A stretch of DNA of 64,000 nucleotides from positions 160,001-224,000 of the forward strand of contig CAWCYD010000003.1 in the NCBI GenBank assembly GCA_963799775.1, in the 5' to 3' direction. The notes under the pieces were generated by a model. The model was not told the origin of the DNA. It did not search any database and was given only the letters and a program-made list of their open reading frames with translations. Of the stretch, positions 18,866 to 28,154 are shown piece after piece (the stretch's first letter is position 1; every line of letters begins with the position of its first letter). The translations under genes and the position numbers were made by a program. The DNA comes from an uncultured archaeon. Its GTDB lineage: Archaea > Thermoproteota > Nitrososphaeria > Nitrososphaerales > Gagatemarchaeaceae.

Positions 18866-19035
18866 AGATATCGAACCTGCCTCCGATGCGAACGCTATAT
18901 GAAATTAACTAGTCTACATGACTGAGACCTCCTTCGGGCGGGGAGGGCATTGTGCAACCTTCCGGGTCCCTTGTAATTTCGGGAGGCCACTCTGGTGAGG
19001 ATAATCCTAACAGTAACCGTATATCTCAGCGATGA

Positions 19036-19986
19036 TTGGAACGGACAAGGTGGCTGAATTTGGACAAAATAACCGTGAAGAACTCGTACATCCCTTGGTC
19101 TTTCCTTGACATCGTCGCAAGAGAAGACGGCATCTTTGCCAAGCGAAACTTGGATGTCGACCTGTTCTCGATAGCGAGCAAAGACGTGGAACCCGCCGAC
19201 AAGGTAGCGTGGTATTCAAACATGGTCAGAGACGGCATGCTGGATGCCTACTCGGTCTGCGCGTGGGGTGCAATCGACAGGCTCGCAGAGACCAAGCGCG
19301 AGAAGATCCTCGCGGCGTCCACCTCCTCGGGATACGCGTTCTCGATATTGGTAGCCCCGGGATTGGGGATAAAGACCGCCGCGGACCTCGCAGAGATTCC
19401 CATCGCGGTGAACATGAAGACGGGGTCGCATTATTGCATCCTGAGCGACCTCGAGAGGGTCCTTCCTTACAGCAAGATCAAAGTCGTGCACGGCGCCGAG
19501 CCCTCGAGCAGGCTCAGGGGGCTGTTGGAGGAGAAGTTCCAGGCCATAGCCCTCATCAGCCCGTACACCGAACTCGCTGTCCAGCTAGGATTCGTGAAGG
19601 TGGCCGAGACAAAGACGGTCGACGTCCTGGCGTTCGTGGCGAGGGACGACCTCCCGACAGGAGTGCTGACAAGGTACCTGGCCTCCCTGGACGAAGCGGC
19701 CAGGAAGCTCAGGGCGAACCCGGAGAACTACAGGGCCCTCTACGTCGAGACCTTCCGGGCGACTTTTCGAGGCTTCCCCGAGGAATGGAAGAGCAGGATA
19801 AACAAGCTCATCGACAAGATCGCAGCGACGATCCCGATCACCACGTGGAGTGAGCTGGCCGAGTACCCGAAGGAGTCGTTCAACTCCCTTAGCACGTGGA
19901 TGAGCAAGCACAACCTCCTGGAGGCGAACGTTCAGTACGAGAACCTCGTCTTGAACAAACCTCTCGAGAAGGTCTCTACCAGCTAG
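19036..19986 (+). CDS. NMT1/Thi5-like periplasmic-binding-protein-fold protein, no signal peptide
   Basis: VAREDGIFAKRNLDV, IKTAADLAE, TGSHY; VCAWG motif. Confidence 0.75.
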   Translation: MERTRWLNLDKITVKNSYIPWSFLDIVAREDGIFAKRNLDVDLFSIASKDVEPADKVAWYSNMVRDGMLDAYSVCAWGAIDRLAETKREKILAASTSSGYAFSILVAPGLGIKTAADLAEIPIAVNMKTGSHYCILSDLERVLPYSKIKVVHGAEPSSRLRGLLEEKFQAIALISPYTELAVQLGFVKVAETKTVDVLAFVARDDLPTGVLTRYLASLDEAARKLRANPENYRALYVETFRATFRGFPEEWKSRINKLIDKIAATIPITTWSELAEYPKESFNSLSTWMSKHNLLEANVQYENLVLNKPLEKVSTS

Positions 19987-20931
19987 GTGGGTGGCAGGTC
20001 GTTGCCGCAGAGGCTGACCACTATAACGCACGGGTATTACCAACCGTACTTCTACTGGATGTTCCCCATCTTGGTCGCCAGGGAGGAAGGCCTCTTCGAG
20101 GAGGAAGGAATCGCCCTTGACGTGCACGACATCGTTCCCGGCGGCCAGCCGGAGAACAAGGCCGAGTGGTATAGGGAGGCGCTCGAGCAAGGTTCGCGCG
20201 ACTTTTACTTCTGCTGCGCTTGGCAGGGCGTCTACAGCACATGCGAGACCGGGAAGGGCAAGATCGGTGCCGCGATCAAGTCGACGCTCATCAAGACGTT
20301 CGGAATCTACACCAAGCCTGACTCGCCCGTCCGCAACATCTTAGACATCACAGAGAACGGCGTCGAGATCGCCGTCAACAAGAACGCGGACGCGCACTAT
20401 GTGACCCTCGAGAATCTCGCAGAGTTCGTCCCTGCGTCGCAGGTCAGGCTCAAGCACCTAGGTGGGATCGACAGCTGCTTCAAAGCTCTGGCAAACGGGG
20501 ATGTCAAGGCTGCGACGCTGGCCGGGCCGTACGCGGAGGCAGCAGAGGCCATAGGCTACAGGAGGGTCATGGCGCTTTCCAGGACGCAGCCCACCCTAAT
20601 AGTCTTCAACGACGCGGTGGACACGCCCGCCGCCAACTCTTTCCTCGCGGCCGTCAACAAGGCTGTTCACAGAGTGAACGCAGACAGACCCAGGTACCAC
20701 GCGAGGTATGTGAAAGAATTCGAGGAGGTCGTGAACAGGTACATCCCAGAGCTGAGGAACGAACTGCCGAAGGTGAAGGCGAGGATAAGCCTACCTGCCT
20801 GGGCGGAGACAAAGATTCTCAGCGAGGCAGACTTCAACGAGGTCCGCGACTTCCTGGTCGAGCACGGGCTCTCCGCGAAAGGCAACGGCTACGCGGGGAC
20901 CGTCAAGACGACCCTGGCCATCTCACACTAG
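19987..20931 (+). CDS. NMT1/Thi5-like periplasmic-binding-protein-fold protein, paralogue, no signal peptide
   Basis: VAREEGLFEEEGIAL, DSPVRNILD, ADAHY; FCCAWQG motif. Confidence 0.75.
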   Translation: MGGRSLPQRLTTITHGYYQPYFYWMFPILVAREEGLFEEEGIALDVHDIVPGGQPENKAEWYREALEQGSRDFYFCCAWQGVYSTCETGKGKIGAAIKSTLIKTFGIYTKPDSPVRNILDITENGVEIAVNKNADAHYVTLENLAEFVPASQVRLKHLGGIDSCFKALANGDVKAATLAGPYAEAAEAIGYRRVMALSRTQPTLIVFNDAVDTPAANSFLAAVNKAVHRVNADRPRYHARYVKEFEEVVNRYIPELRNELPKVKARISLPAWAETKILSEADFNEVRDFLVEHGLSAKGNGYAGTVKTTLAISH

Positions 20932-20950
20932 AGGTGCGATGTGAACCCAC

Positions 20951-22330
20951 ATGGTCACAAGACTGGAGCGAGCGATCGAGATTCCAAGGCAATGGTATAA
21001 CATCGCGCCGGACCTTCCAAGCAAGCTCCCGCCCGTGATAGACCAGCATACGCATGGACTGGCTGACAAGAAGATACTCCACAGGCTCTTCGTAAACGAG
21101 GTCGCAAGGGGAGAGTATTCGGGCGAGCGGTTCATCACCATCCCGGAGGAACTTAGAGACGTCTATTCGATCTGGAGGCCGACTCCTCTCGTGAGGGCGA
21201 AGAGGCTGGAAAGGGCGCTGAACACGCCTGCGAGGATCTACTACAAGAACGAGTCCGTGAGCCCGCCCGGGTCGCACAAGGCCAACGCCGCCGTGGCACA
21301 GGCTTACTATGCGAAGAAGGAAGGAACTGAGAGGCTAGTCACGAGCACCACCGCCGGCCAGTGGGGGACCGCCCTCGCCTTCGGTTGCACGATCTTCGGA
21401 GTAAAGTGCACCGTCTACATGTCAAAGTCCAGCTACGACAGCAAGCCCTATCGCAAGGATCTCGCCGAGGCCTGGGGCGCCGAGGTAATCTCGAGCCCCA
21501 GCGCGAAGACAAAGGTCGGGAGGGACATCCTAGCGCGAGACCCGAACTCGAGCGGGTCGATGAGCATCGCGAAGAGCGAGGCCCTGGAGGACACCGAGAA
21601 CGACCCGACCGCCAAGGACGCGGTCGGCAGCATCATGAATTTCGTCTTGGCGACCCAGACGGTGATAGGCCAAGAGGCTCAGGCGCAGATGGAGCCATAT
21701 GAGGACTATCCGGACATCGTGATCGGCTGCGTCGGCGGAGGGAGCAACTTCTCAGGGATATTCTGGCCCTACTATTACAAAATGGTCAGCAAGACGAGCC
21801 CGAAGCAGGTCAGGTTCCTCGGTGTCGAGTCATCGGCCGTCCCGAAGCTCACGAAGGGTCGATACATGTACGACCACTCCGATGTGATGAGGATGAGCCC
21901 GCTCTTCAAGATGTACACCGCAGGCTCGACGTTTGTGCCGCCGGAGATCCACACCGGCGGTCTAAGGGTCCATGGGACGGCTCCCAGCCTGAGCCTGCTC
22001 GTGAACGCGGGAATGGTGAGCGCCGTCGCCTACAGCCAGCCAGAGGTCTTCGAGGCGGGCGCGCTATTCGCGCGGACGGAGGGGATACTGCCCGCCCCCG
22101 AGTCGGCCCACGCGATAAAGGCGACAATCGACGAGGCCAGGCGATGCAAGCAGCAAGGCAAGGAGGAGGTCATCCTCTTCAACCTTTGCGGCCACGGCAT
22201 CCTGGACATCGAGGGATATCGCGAGTACTTCGCGGGCAAGATGAAGGACAACGACGCCGACCCGGCGGAGCTGAGAAGAGCCCTCGACGAGGTGAAGGGG
22301 TTGTACCCTTGGTTGCAGGGCAACGGCTAG
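20951..22330 (+). CDS. trpB2: TrpB2-like PLP enzyme with divergent active site
   Basis: QWYNIAPDLP, WRPTPLVRA, GSHK, CVGGGSN, PAPESAHA, NLCGHG; ETGAGQWG is replaced by STTAGQWG. Confidence 0.88.
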   Translation: MVTRLERAIEIPRQWYNIAPDLPSKLPPVIDQHTHGLADKKILHRLFVNEVARGEYSGERFITIPEELRDVYSIWRPTPLVRAKRLERALNTPARIYYKNESVSPPGSHKANAAVAQAYYAKKEGTERLVTSTTAGQWGTALAFGCTIFGVKCTVYMSKSSYDSKPYRKDLAEAWGAEVISSPSAKTKVGRDILARDPNSSGSMSIAKSEALEDTENDPTAKDAVGSIMNFVLATQTVIGQEAQAQMEPYEDYPDIVIGCVGGGSNFSGIFWPYYYKMVSKTSPKQVRFLGVESSAVPKLTKGRYMYDHSDVMRMSPLFKMYTAGSTFVPPEIHTGGLRVHGTAPSLSLLVNAGMVSAVAYSQPEVFEAGALFARTEGILPAPESAHAIKATIDEARRCKQQGKEEVILFNLCGHGILDIEGYREYFAGKMKDNDADPAELRRALDEVKGLYPWLQGNG

Positions 22331-22364
22331 GCAACGCGACACACGCCCTAGGTTGAGGCATACA

Positions 22365-23196
22365 ATGACCAAGCGACGACCTCTCTCCTACGGCGAGTAT
22401 CTCGGGCTGGACGAGCTGCTCGACATCCAACGGCTTGTCTCCAAGCCCCGGCAGCACGACGAGGTGCTCTTCCTTATCGCCCATCAGGCCTACGAGCTCT
22501 GGTTCAAGCTCATGCTCAACGAGCTGGAGACCGCGATCTCTCACATGCTCGCAGACAACCTGTCAGAAGCCACGCGGCTCATCAGGAGGGTCGTCCCCGT
22601 ACAGAGGGCCCTGATCCAGCAGCTCGAGGTGCCTGGAGACGATCAGGCCCTCAGACTTTCTGAAGTTCAGGAGCATTCTCAACCCCGCCAGCGGCTTCCA
22701 GTCCCTCCAGTTCAGGGAGCTGGAGTTCATCTCCGGTCAGAAGGACGAAAGATACCTCAAGCTCCACGTCGGGAACGAGAAGGACTACGAGCAGCTGCTG
22801 AAGAGGTGGGAGGCCCCAAGCCTCTGGGACGGCTTCAGGAGCGTTTTGGAGGAGCGGGGGTTCGATTTGGGGAAGAAGGCGAAGGGGAATGAGAATGCCG
22901 TCTTCGAGCTCGAGGTCGAGGCCTCGCTCAAGATCTTCACGGAGAGCAAGTACCTGCACGTGGCGGAGCTTGCGGAGGTGTTGCTCGACTACGACAAGCA
23001 TTTCCAGCTGTGGCGGAGCCACCACATCATGATGGTGGAACGAGTAATAGGCGGTAGGCCGGGGACGGGCGAGAAGGTGGTCAACAAGACCGTCGGCACC
23101 GACTCGTTCCATTCCTCTGGCGTGACCTATCTCCAGACCACGATGGGAAAGAGGTTCTTCCCCGCGCTATGGGCTGCAAGGACAAGGATAGGATGA
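22365..23196 (+). CDS. kynA: Tryptophan 2,3-dioxygenase family protein (frameshift near 22630)
   Basis: YGEYLGLDELL, HDEVLFLIAHQAYELWFK, PASGFQSLQFRELE, WRSHH..MVERVIG..GTG, FFPALWAART. Confidence 0.88.
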
Positions 23197-24068
23197 CACG
23201 GAAGCGGGGGATGAGACTCCATCATGTCTCGGCAAAGGTGCGCGCGAGGATCGCAGCGGGCGACTCGATATATGAAGGATGGGGGGCGAACCAGGGGTTC
23301 GTCACGACGAGCATTGGGGCTGTCGTCGTTGACACGGGCTTCACTTCGACGTCCGCCAAGGCCCTCCTGCGGGACCTGCGCGCGACAGGGTCCGCTCCTG
23401 TGAAGCTGATCGTGAACACGCACGACCACTCCGACCACGTCTTCGGGAACTCCGTCTTCGACGCATACTCTCCTCTCATCATGGCTCACCTAAACTGCAG
23501 GTCTAGGCTCCTGGAGCTGGGCAAAGAACGGATGCGCGGATACCGCAGGTTCGACAAAACACTGAGGGCGGACCTCACGGGGCTCCGCATCTCGCCCCCG
23601 CAGGTGACCTACGAGGACGGGTTGGAACTGGACATCGGGCAGACCAATTTCCGTTTCATCCACCCAAAGAACGGGGCGCACACGACAGGCGACACGATGG
23701 TCCTCCTCCCCGATGAAAAGATCCTCTTCGCGGGGGACGTCTTGTGGACGGGCTACCACCCCAACCTCGAGGACGCAGACATAGAGGCCTGGCTACAGGA
23801 GCTCGATGCTATCTCGAGGATGAAGGTGGACCTGATCGTCCCGGGACACGGGAAGGTCTCGGACAAGAGCAGCGTCGCTCCGCTCGCGACCTACCTTCGC
23901 GAGTTTGACTCTAGGATGAGCAAGCTCGTCCGGGATGGCGTCCCCAAGGCGAGCATCCTCCCGGAGCTCGAGATCCGTGGTTCGGAGGAATGGAGCCTGA
24001 AGATGATCGTCCAGCGCAACTTGGACATCCTTTACGACCGATACGTAGCCCGCGAGCGCGCCGTCTGA
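23193..24068 (+). CDS. MBL-fold metallo-hydrolase
   Basis: THDHSDH, AHTTGD, FAGD, VPGHG; ATGA overlap with the dioxygenase gene. Confidence 0.88.
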   Translation: MTRKRGMRLHHVSAKVRARIAAGDSIYEGWGANQGFVTTSIGAVVVDTGFTSTSAKALLRDLRATGSAPVKLIVNTHDHSDHVFGNSVFDAYSPLIMAHLNCRSRLLELGKERMRGYRRFDKTLRADLTGLRISPPQVTYEDGLELDIGQTNFRFIHPKNGAHTTGDTMVLLPDEKILFAGDVLWTGYHPNLEDADIEAWLQELDAISRMKVDLIVPGHGKVSDKSSVAPLATYLREFDSRMSKLVRDGVPKASILPELEIRGSEEWSLKMIVQRNLDILYDRYVARERAV

Positions 24069-24076
24069 CAGGAGGT

Positions 24077-25032
24077 TCATGGGAGACCTAGCTTGATGAA
24101 GGTGTCAAGAGTGTCGGGGAGCGTCTCGAGGTCCCTGCGCGTCGGGGTGGAAGGTGGTCTTTGGGCTGTACTCTACCTCGAAGGGATAAGCCGCCTTTAT
24201 CCCCGGCATCGAAGGCGATATCCCCGAGATCCTCCCGATCAACCTCTGCGCGTCCTCGCTCAGAAGGAAGTCCATGAACTTGCGTGCCGACTTGTTATCG
24301 CTCGCCGTCTTTAGCAGCGCCGCTGTTGTGAAGGTGAGCATCCGGGGGATCTTCTCGGTCTCGAACGACCTGACCGGGGAGCCAGCCGTCCTCTCGCGGA
24401 AGTAGGCAAGTGAGTACACCGTAAGTGAGAGGTCGTGGTCCCCGTCGATGAGCCCCTGGAGCAGGTGGTCAATGCAGTCGTAGGTCAGAGGCTTGTTCGG
24501 GCCCGCCAAGCTCCTCAGGAGCTCGCGCCATTTCTTCCCGGACGTTTTCCTCTTGAGGAAGTTCATGTAGTGGGCGCCGATGTTGCCGAACTTGCTCGTA
24601 GTGAGCGACTGCATCCCGAGCCTTCCCCTCCACTTGCTCGAGATTATCTCATCGAGGCTTTGAGGGAGGTCACTTTGCGGAGAGATTCTTGGGGTTGTGC
24701 GCCATCGTCATGAAGGTCACGCCTGCAGCGAACCATCTCATCCTCCTATCGTAGAACTTCTGCGGGTACGCTCCGATGCCCTTCGCATCGTGCGGAGCAA
24801 ACAGGCCCTCCTTGTCCATGTTGATGGCAACGTAGTGCGGGACGATGACTACGTCCGCAGTCCGCATCCCGTGCTTCATCTCCTGCCGAATCCTGTCCTG
24901 GACCTGGAATGGGTGGTCGTCCAGGTAGACAGGGAACTCCTCCAGGGTGTTCTTCTTCCTGAATGCCCACAGGAGGTCTGAGGTGCCCGAACGAAGCCCC
25001 AACGACGCGTAGATTATCACCCTCTCAGGCAT
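24077..25032 (-). CDS. Substrate-binding-protein-fold protein (iron/thiamine class), no signal peptide, frameshifted
   Basis: RVIIYASL, ADVV, MAHNP, ARKFMDFLLSEDAQ across ORFs 24670..25032 and 24105..24614. Confidence 0.7.
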
Positions 25033-25056
25033 TCGAGTTCCTCGGCGGGGCGCGAG

Positions 25057-26209
25057 TTATTTATCGGTTGAACGGCCGTGCTCGAAGAATTCCTTCACGC
25101 GTCGGACCCCCTCGACTATCGTCTCAGGCGGGCTCCCGAAGGATATTCGGAGGTGACCCTCTCCGGCTGGCCCAAAGATCGCTCCTGGCAGGAGCGCGAC
25201 GTTCTGCTCTTTGAGCATCCGCGTCGCTAGGGATCTCGAGCCTTCCCTGCCCTTGAACCCGGGGAAGCCGTAGAAGGCTCCTTCCACTGGTTCCCACTCC
25301 AGGGCCTTGATGCCTGATAGCTCCTCCTGAAGGATGCCTCTCCGTCGCCTCAACTCCTCCCTGAACTCCTTTGTGTAGTTCTGGCAGTTCTTCAGCGCAT
25401 AGGCCGAAGCCACCTGGATGAAGGGAGGGAAGCATGTCACTGCGGTCTCGAGGAACCTGTTGACCAAGAGGATGGTCCCGGCGTCTGCCACGACATATCC
25501 CGCACGCCAGCCGGTCATGGCGAAGCTCTTCGAGAGACTGAAGATTGAGACGACCGTCTCAGGCCTCTTCTCGAGCGAGCCGACCGATGTGTGCTTCTTC
25601 TCGTAGACGAGGTTCCTCGTAGGCCTCGTCGCTGACCAACCTCACGCCTCTCTCGATGCAGAGCTGAAGCAACTCTTTGAGCTCGCTCTTCTCGAAGACC
25701 TTGCCAGCCGGATTCGAAGGGGTGTTGACGATCATCGCCCTCGTCTTTGGCGTGATCTTGGCCTTGATTTCGTCGAGGTCCAGTCGGAAGTCCTTTGTGA
25801 GCCGATACCTCACGGGCTTTCCCCCAGACAAGACGACCGGTTCGGAGTAGTAGTAGCCGGGGTCCGGGACCAGGGCCTCGTGACCCTTCATCCCGAGCGA
25901 TAGCAGGGTGGCGTAGATGGACAGCTTGGTCGTGATGAAGATCGAGTTTTCCTTTTTCGCCATGATGCGGTTCTTACGCTGGACCTTCTCTACGATTGCC
26001 TCCCTCACCTCATCCAAGCCCCAAGAGGTGGTGTAGTGCCCTCCGCCGCTCCTCATGCTCTCGTACGCTGCCCTCACTATGGGGGGAGGAGTGTCGAAAG
26101 AAGGCTCGCCTATCGAGAGGGAGAAGACCTTCTCTCCTGCGGCCCTCTTACTAGCGGCCAGGTTGAAGATCTCGAAGGCTGGCGAGTCTTGTATCTCGTC
26201 TAGGGACAC
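25057..26209 (-). CDS. Class I/II PLP-dependent aminotransferase (frameshift near 25615)
   Basis: LSIGEPSF, VNTPSNPAG, SDEAYE, SLSKSFAMTGWRAGY, LRISF. Confidence 0.9.
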
Positions 26210-26376
26210 GCCGACCCGCGTGTCCTATTCGGGATTTAAGCGGTGCGAGGGCTGGTGCCGAAGGCAGCCCTTCCCGACTCGCAAATGCCAGCTGTAGAAC
26301 GAGGAAAGTGAACAAATGTAAAGCAATTCAGTGAATATCTTTATATCGCATGCAGCCAATAGTCTCGTCTACGCGA

Positions 26377-26712
26377 TTGAAGAAGATCGAAGCTGCGGTG
26401 CGCAAAGACAAGTTCCCTGATGTCGATCTTGCTCTGAAGATGATCGGTGTCTCAGGCCTCACGGTAGCTGAGGAGGAGCGGGCATCCAGAGGGATGTGGT
26501 CCTATCCGCTCGAGAAGATCCCGCACATGATCGTCACAGTCGTAGTGGACGACCGAGACGTGGGCCAGGTCGTGGATTCGATCCGCGAGACCGCCTCGAC
26601 CAGGTCATCGGGCGACGGCAGGATCGTGGTCACCTCAATAGACAACGCCTGGGACATCGGGACAGGCATGCCTGACCGGACGGACCTTTCCGTCCCTTCG
26701 CTCGGATTCTAG
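26377..26712 (+). CDS. P-II family signal protein with short T-loop
   Basis: KKIEAAVR, GVSGLTV, GDGRIVV. Confidence 0.85.
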   Translation: MKKIEAAVRKDKFPDVDLALKMIGVSGLTVAEEERASRGMWSYPLEKIPHMIVTVVVDDRDVGQVVDSIRETASTRSSGDGRIVVTSIDNAWDIGTGMPDRTDLSVPSLGF

Positions 26713-26738
26713 AAGGACCGGTCTTTCCGCTTTTTTTC

Positions 26739-26987
26739 TTAGGAAGGCTTTGTAGTCCCGCTGGCCTTGTACTTTGCGAACAGGGCGATGAGCCCCGCCA
26801 GCATTAGCATCACTGAGCACAGGTAGAGGACAGGGATGAGGGGTGGCTGGATCGTGTCGACGCCCGCCTCGACGGCGGTCTCATAGATCATAGCGAACCC
26901 GAGCACGAAGAACACGACTCCGCAAAGCCTGACCACGACGTTCACCCTGGAGTCGTCGGGGTTGTAGGTGCCTTGGGTGTTGCTCAT
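26739..26987 (-). CDS. Small two-TM membrane protein
   Basis: Two hydrophobic helices. Confidence 0.6.
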   Translation of the reverse strand: MSNTQGTYNPDDSRVNVVVRLCGVVFFVLGFAMIYETAVEAGVDTIQPPLIPVLYLCSVMLMLAGLIALFAKYKASGTTKPS

Positions 26988-27056
26988 CCGCCTGACCTTT
27001 TTTGGTTCCGAACTCTGCCCTAAATAAGCTATCCAGTCGGGCGGCGGAGTCGCGAC

Positions 27057-28154
27057 CTAGGCGCTCTTCAGGAGCTGGATCTTGTCAGGCAGGTACTTGT
27101 CGACGATGTAGCTGAGGCCGTATCGGGAGAACGCCTCCTGCTCGCTCTTCCGCTTGAACTTCAGGAACGTGTCCAGCTCGTCGTGCCACAGCTTCTCCTT
27201 GTAGCGGGGGTCCGCCTTGAGCTCGTATACCCGCTTGATGTCTATCTCGGTGAGAGGGTCTGAGGGGAGCTTGTACTTTTGGATGTCCGAGGCCCAGACC
27301 CCGAGCCACACCCCCGACGGGGTGGTCAGGTCTCTCAGGTGGGCGGCGTTCGCGGAGCCGCTTTTTATGACCATGGCGATGTGCGCCCCCCACGGGTCGG
27401 CGTCGCAGAGGATCCCGATGGGAAGCTTAAGCTCCGAGTGGAGCCGCCTCAAGAGGTAGCGGGTTGCGCGGGGAGGCTGCCCCGCGGTGTTGATCAGGAT
27501 CGCCTTGTACTTCTTGTGGACCTTCTCCTCGATGAACCTGGTGAAGAGACCGCCCTTCTCTATCGCGAGGACCATCTCCGCGTCTGTGTCCGCGAACTCC
27601 GCGGTCGTCATGGCGGGGCCTATCATCATCCCGTCCGGATGGGCCGAGAGGTCCAGCGTCTTCCCTTCGTATCCCGGGACGGTGTACTCGATCGTGAGGT
27701 TCCCGAATATGGCGCTCCTCTCTTCAGGATAGACGTTGAACTCCTCCCTCGCAGAGCCTAGGAGCACCTCCAGGTCGGTTATCAGCTCGTCGGACTCGGC
27801 CTGGTCCATGAACTCGACGTTGAAGGCCTGCGCCGAGTAGTAGACGTCTCTCAGCGTGGATGTCTTTTTCTCGGCGACCAGCTGCTTCGAGAAGTAGGCC
27901 AGCCAGAGGAGCTGTGTGAACGGCCTGATGTGCTTGATGTTCCCCGCGGACCGTTTGACCGTCGAGGAGCCCAGGATGAACTGCTGGAGCTTCTTGTCGT
28001 AAACGATGTTGCTCACAGAGCGGCTCGCGAAGCTCACGGACGGGAACCTCGAGCTGTCCAGGTCGTTGTAGACGCGGTGCCCGAGCTCGTTGAGGATCTT
28101 CTCGACCCTGTCTTTCCTGGCCTCAGCTGTAGTCTTCGATTTTTGCTTGCTCAT
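27057..28154 (-). CDS. top6A: DNA topoisomerase VI subunit A
   Basis: TLRDVYY, AIEKGG, DADPWG. Confidence 0.96.
   Translation of the reverse strand: MSKQKSKTTAEARKDRVEKILNELGHRVYNDLDSSRFPSVSFASRSVSNIVYDKKLQQFILGSSTVKRSAGNIKHIRPFTQLLWLAYFSKQLVAEKKTSTLRDVYYSAQAFNVEFMDQAESDELITDLEVLLGSAREEFNVYPEERSAIFGNLTIEYTVPGYEGKTLDLSAHPDGMMIGPAMTTAEFADTDAEMVLAIEKGGLFTRFIEEKVHKKYKAILINTAGQPPRATRYLLRRLHSELKLPIGILCDADPWGAHIAMVIKSGSANAAHLRDLTTPSGVWLGVWASDIQKYKLPSDPLTEIDIKRVYELKADPRYKEKLWHDELDTFLKFKRKSEQEAFSRYGLSYIVDKYLPDKIQLLKSA

Noticed and set aside
18915-19000. TPP, SAM-I or cobalamin riboswitch
   Set aside because: Only isolated words (CTGAGA, GCAACC, GCCACT) match and the conserved cores are missing; kept only as an unassigned structured leader.
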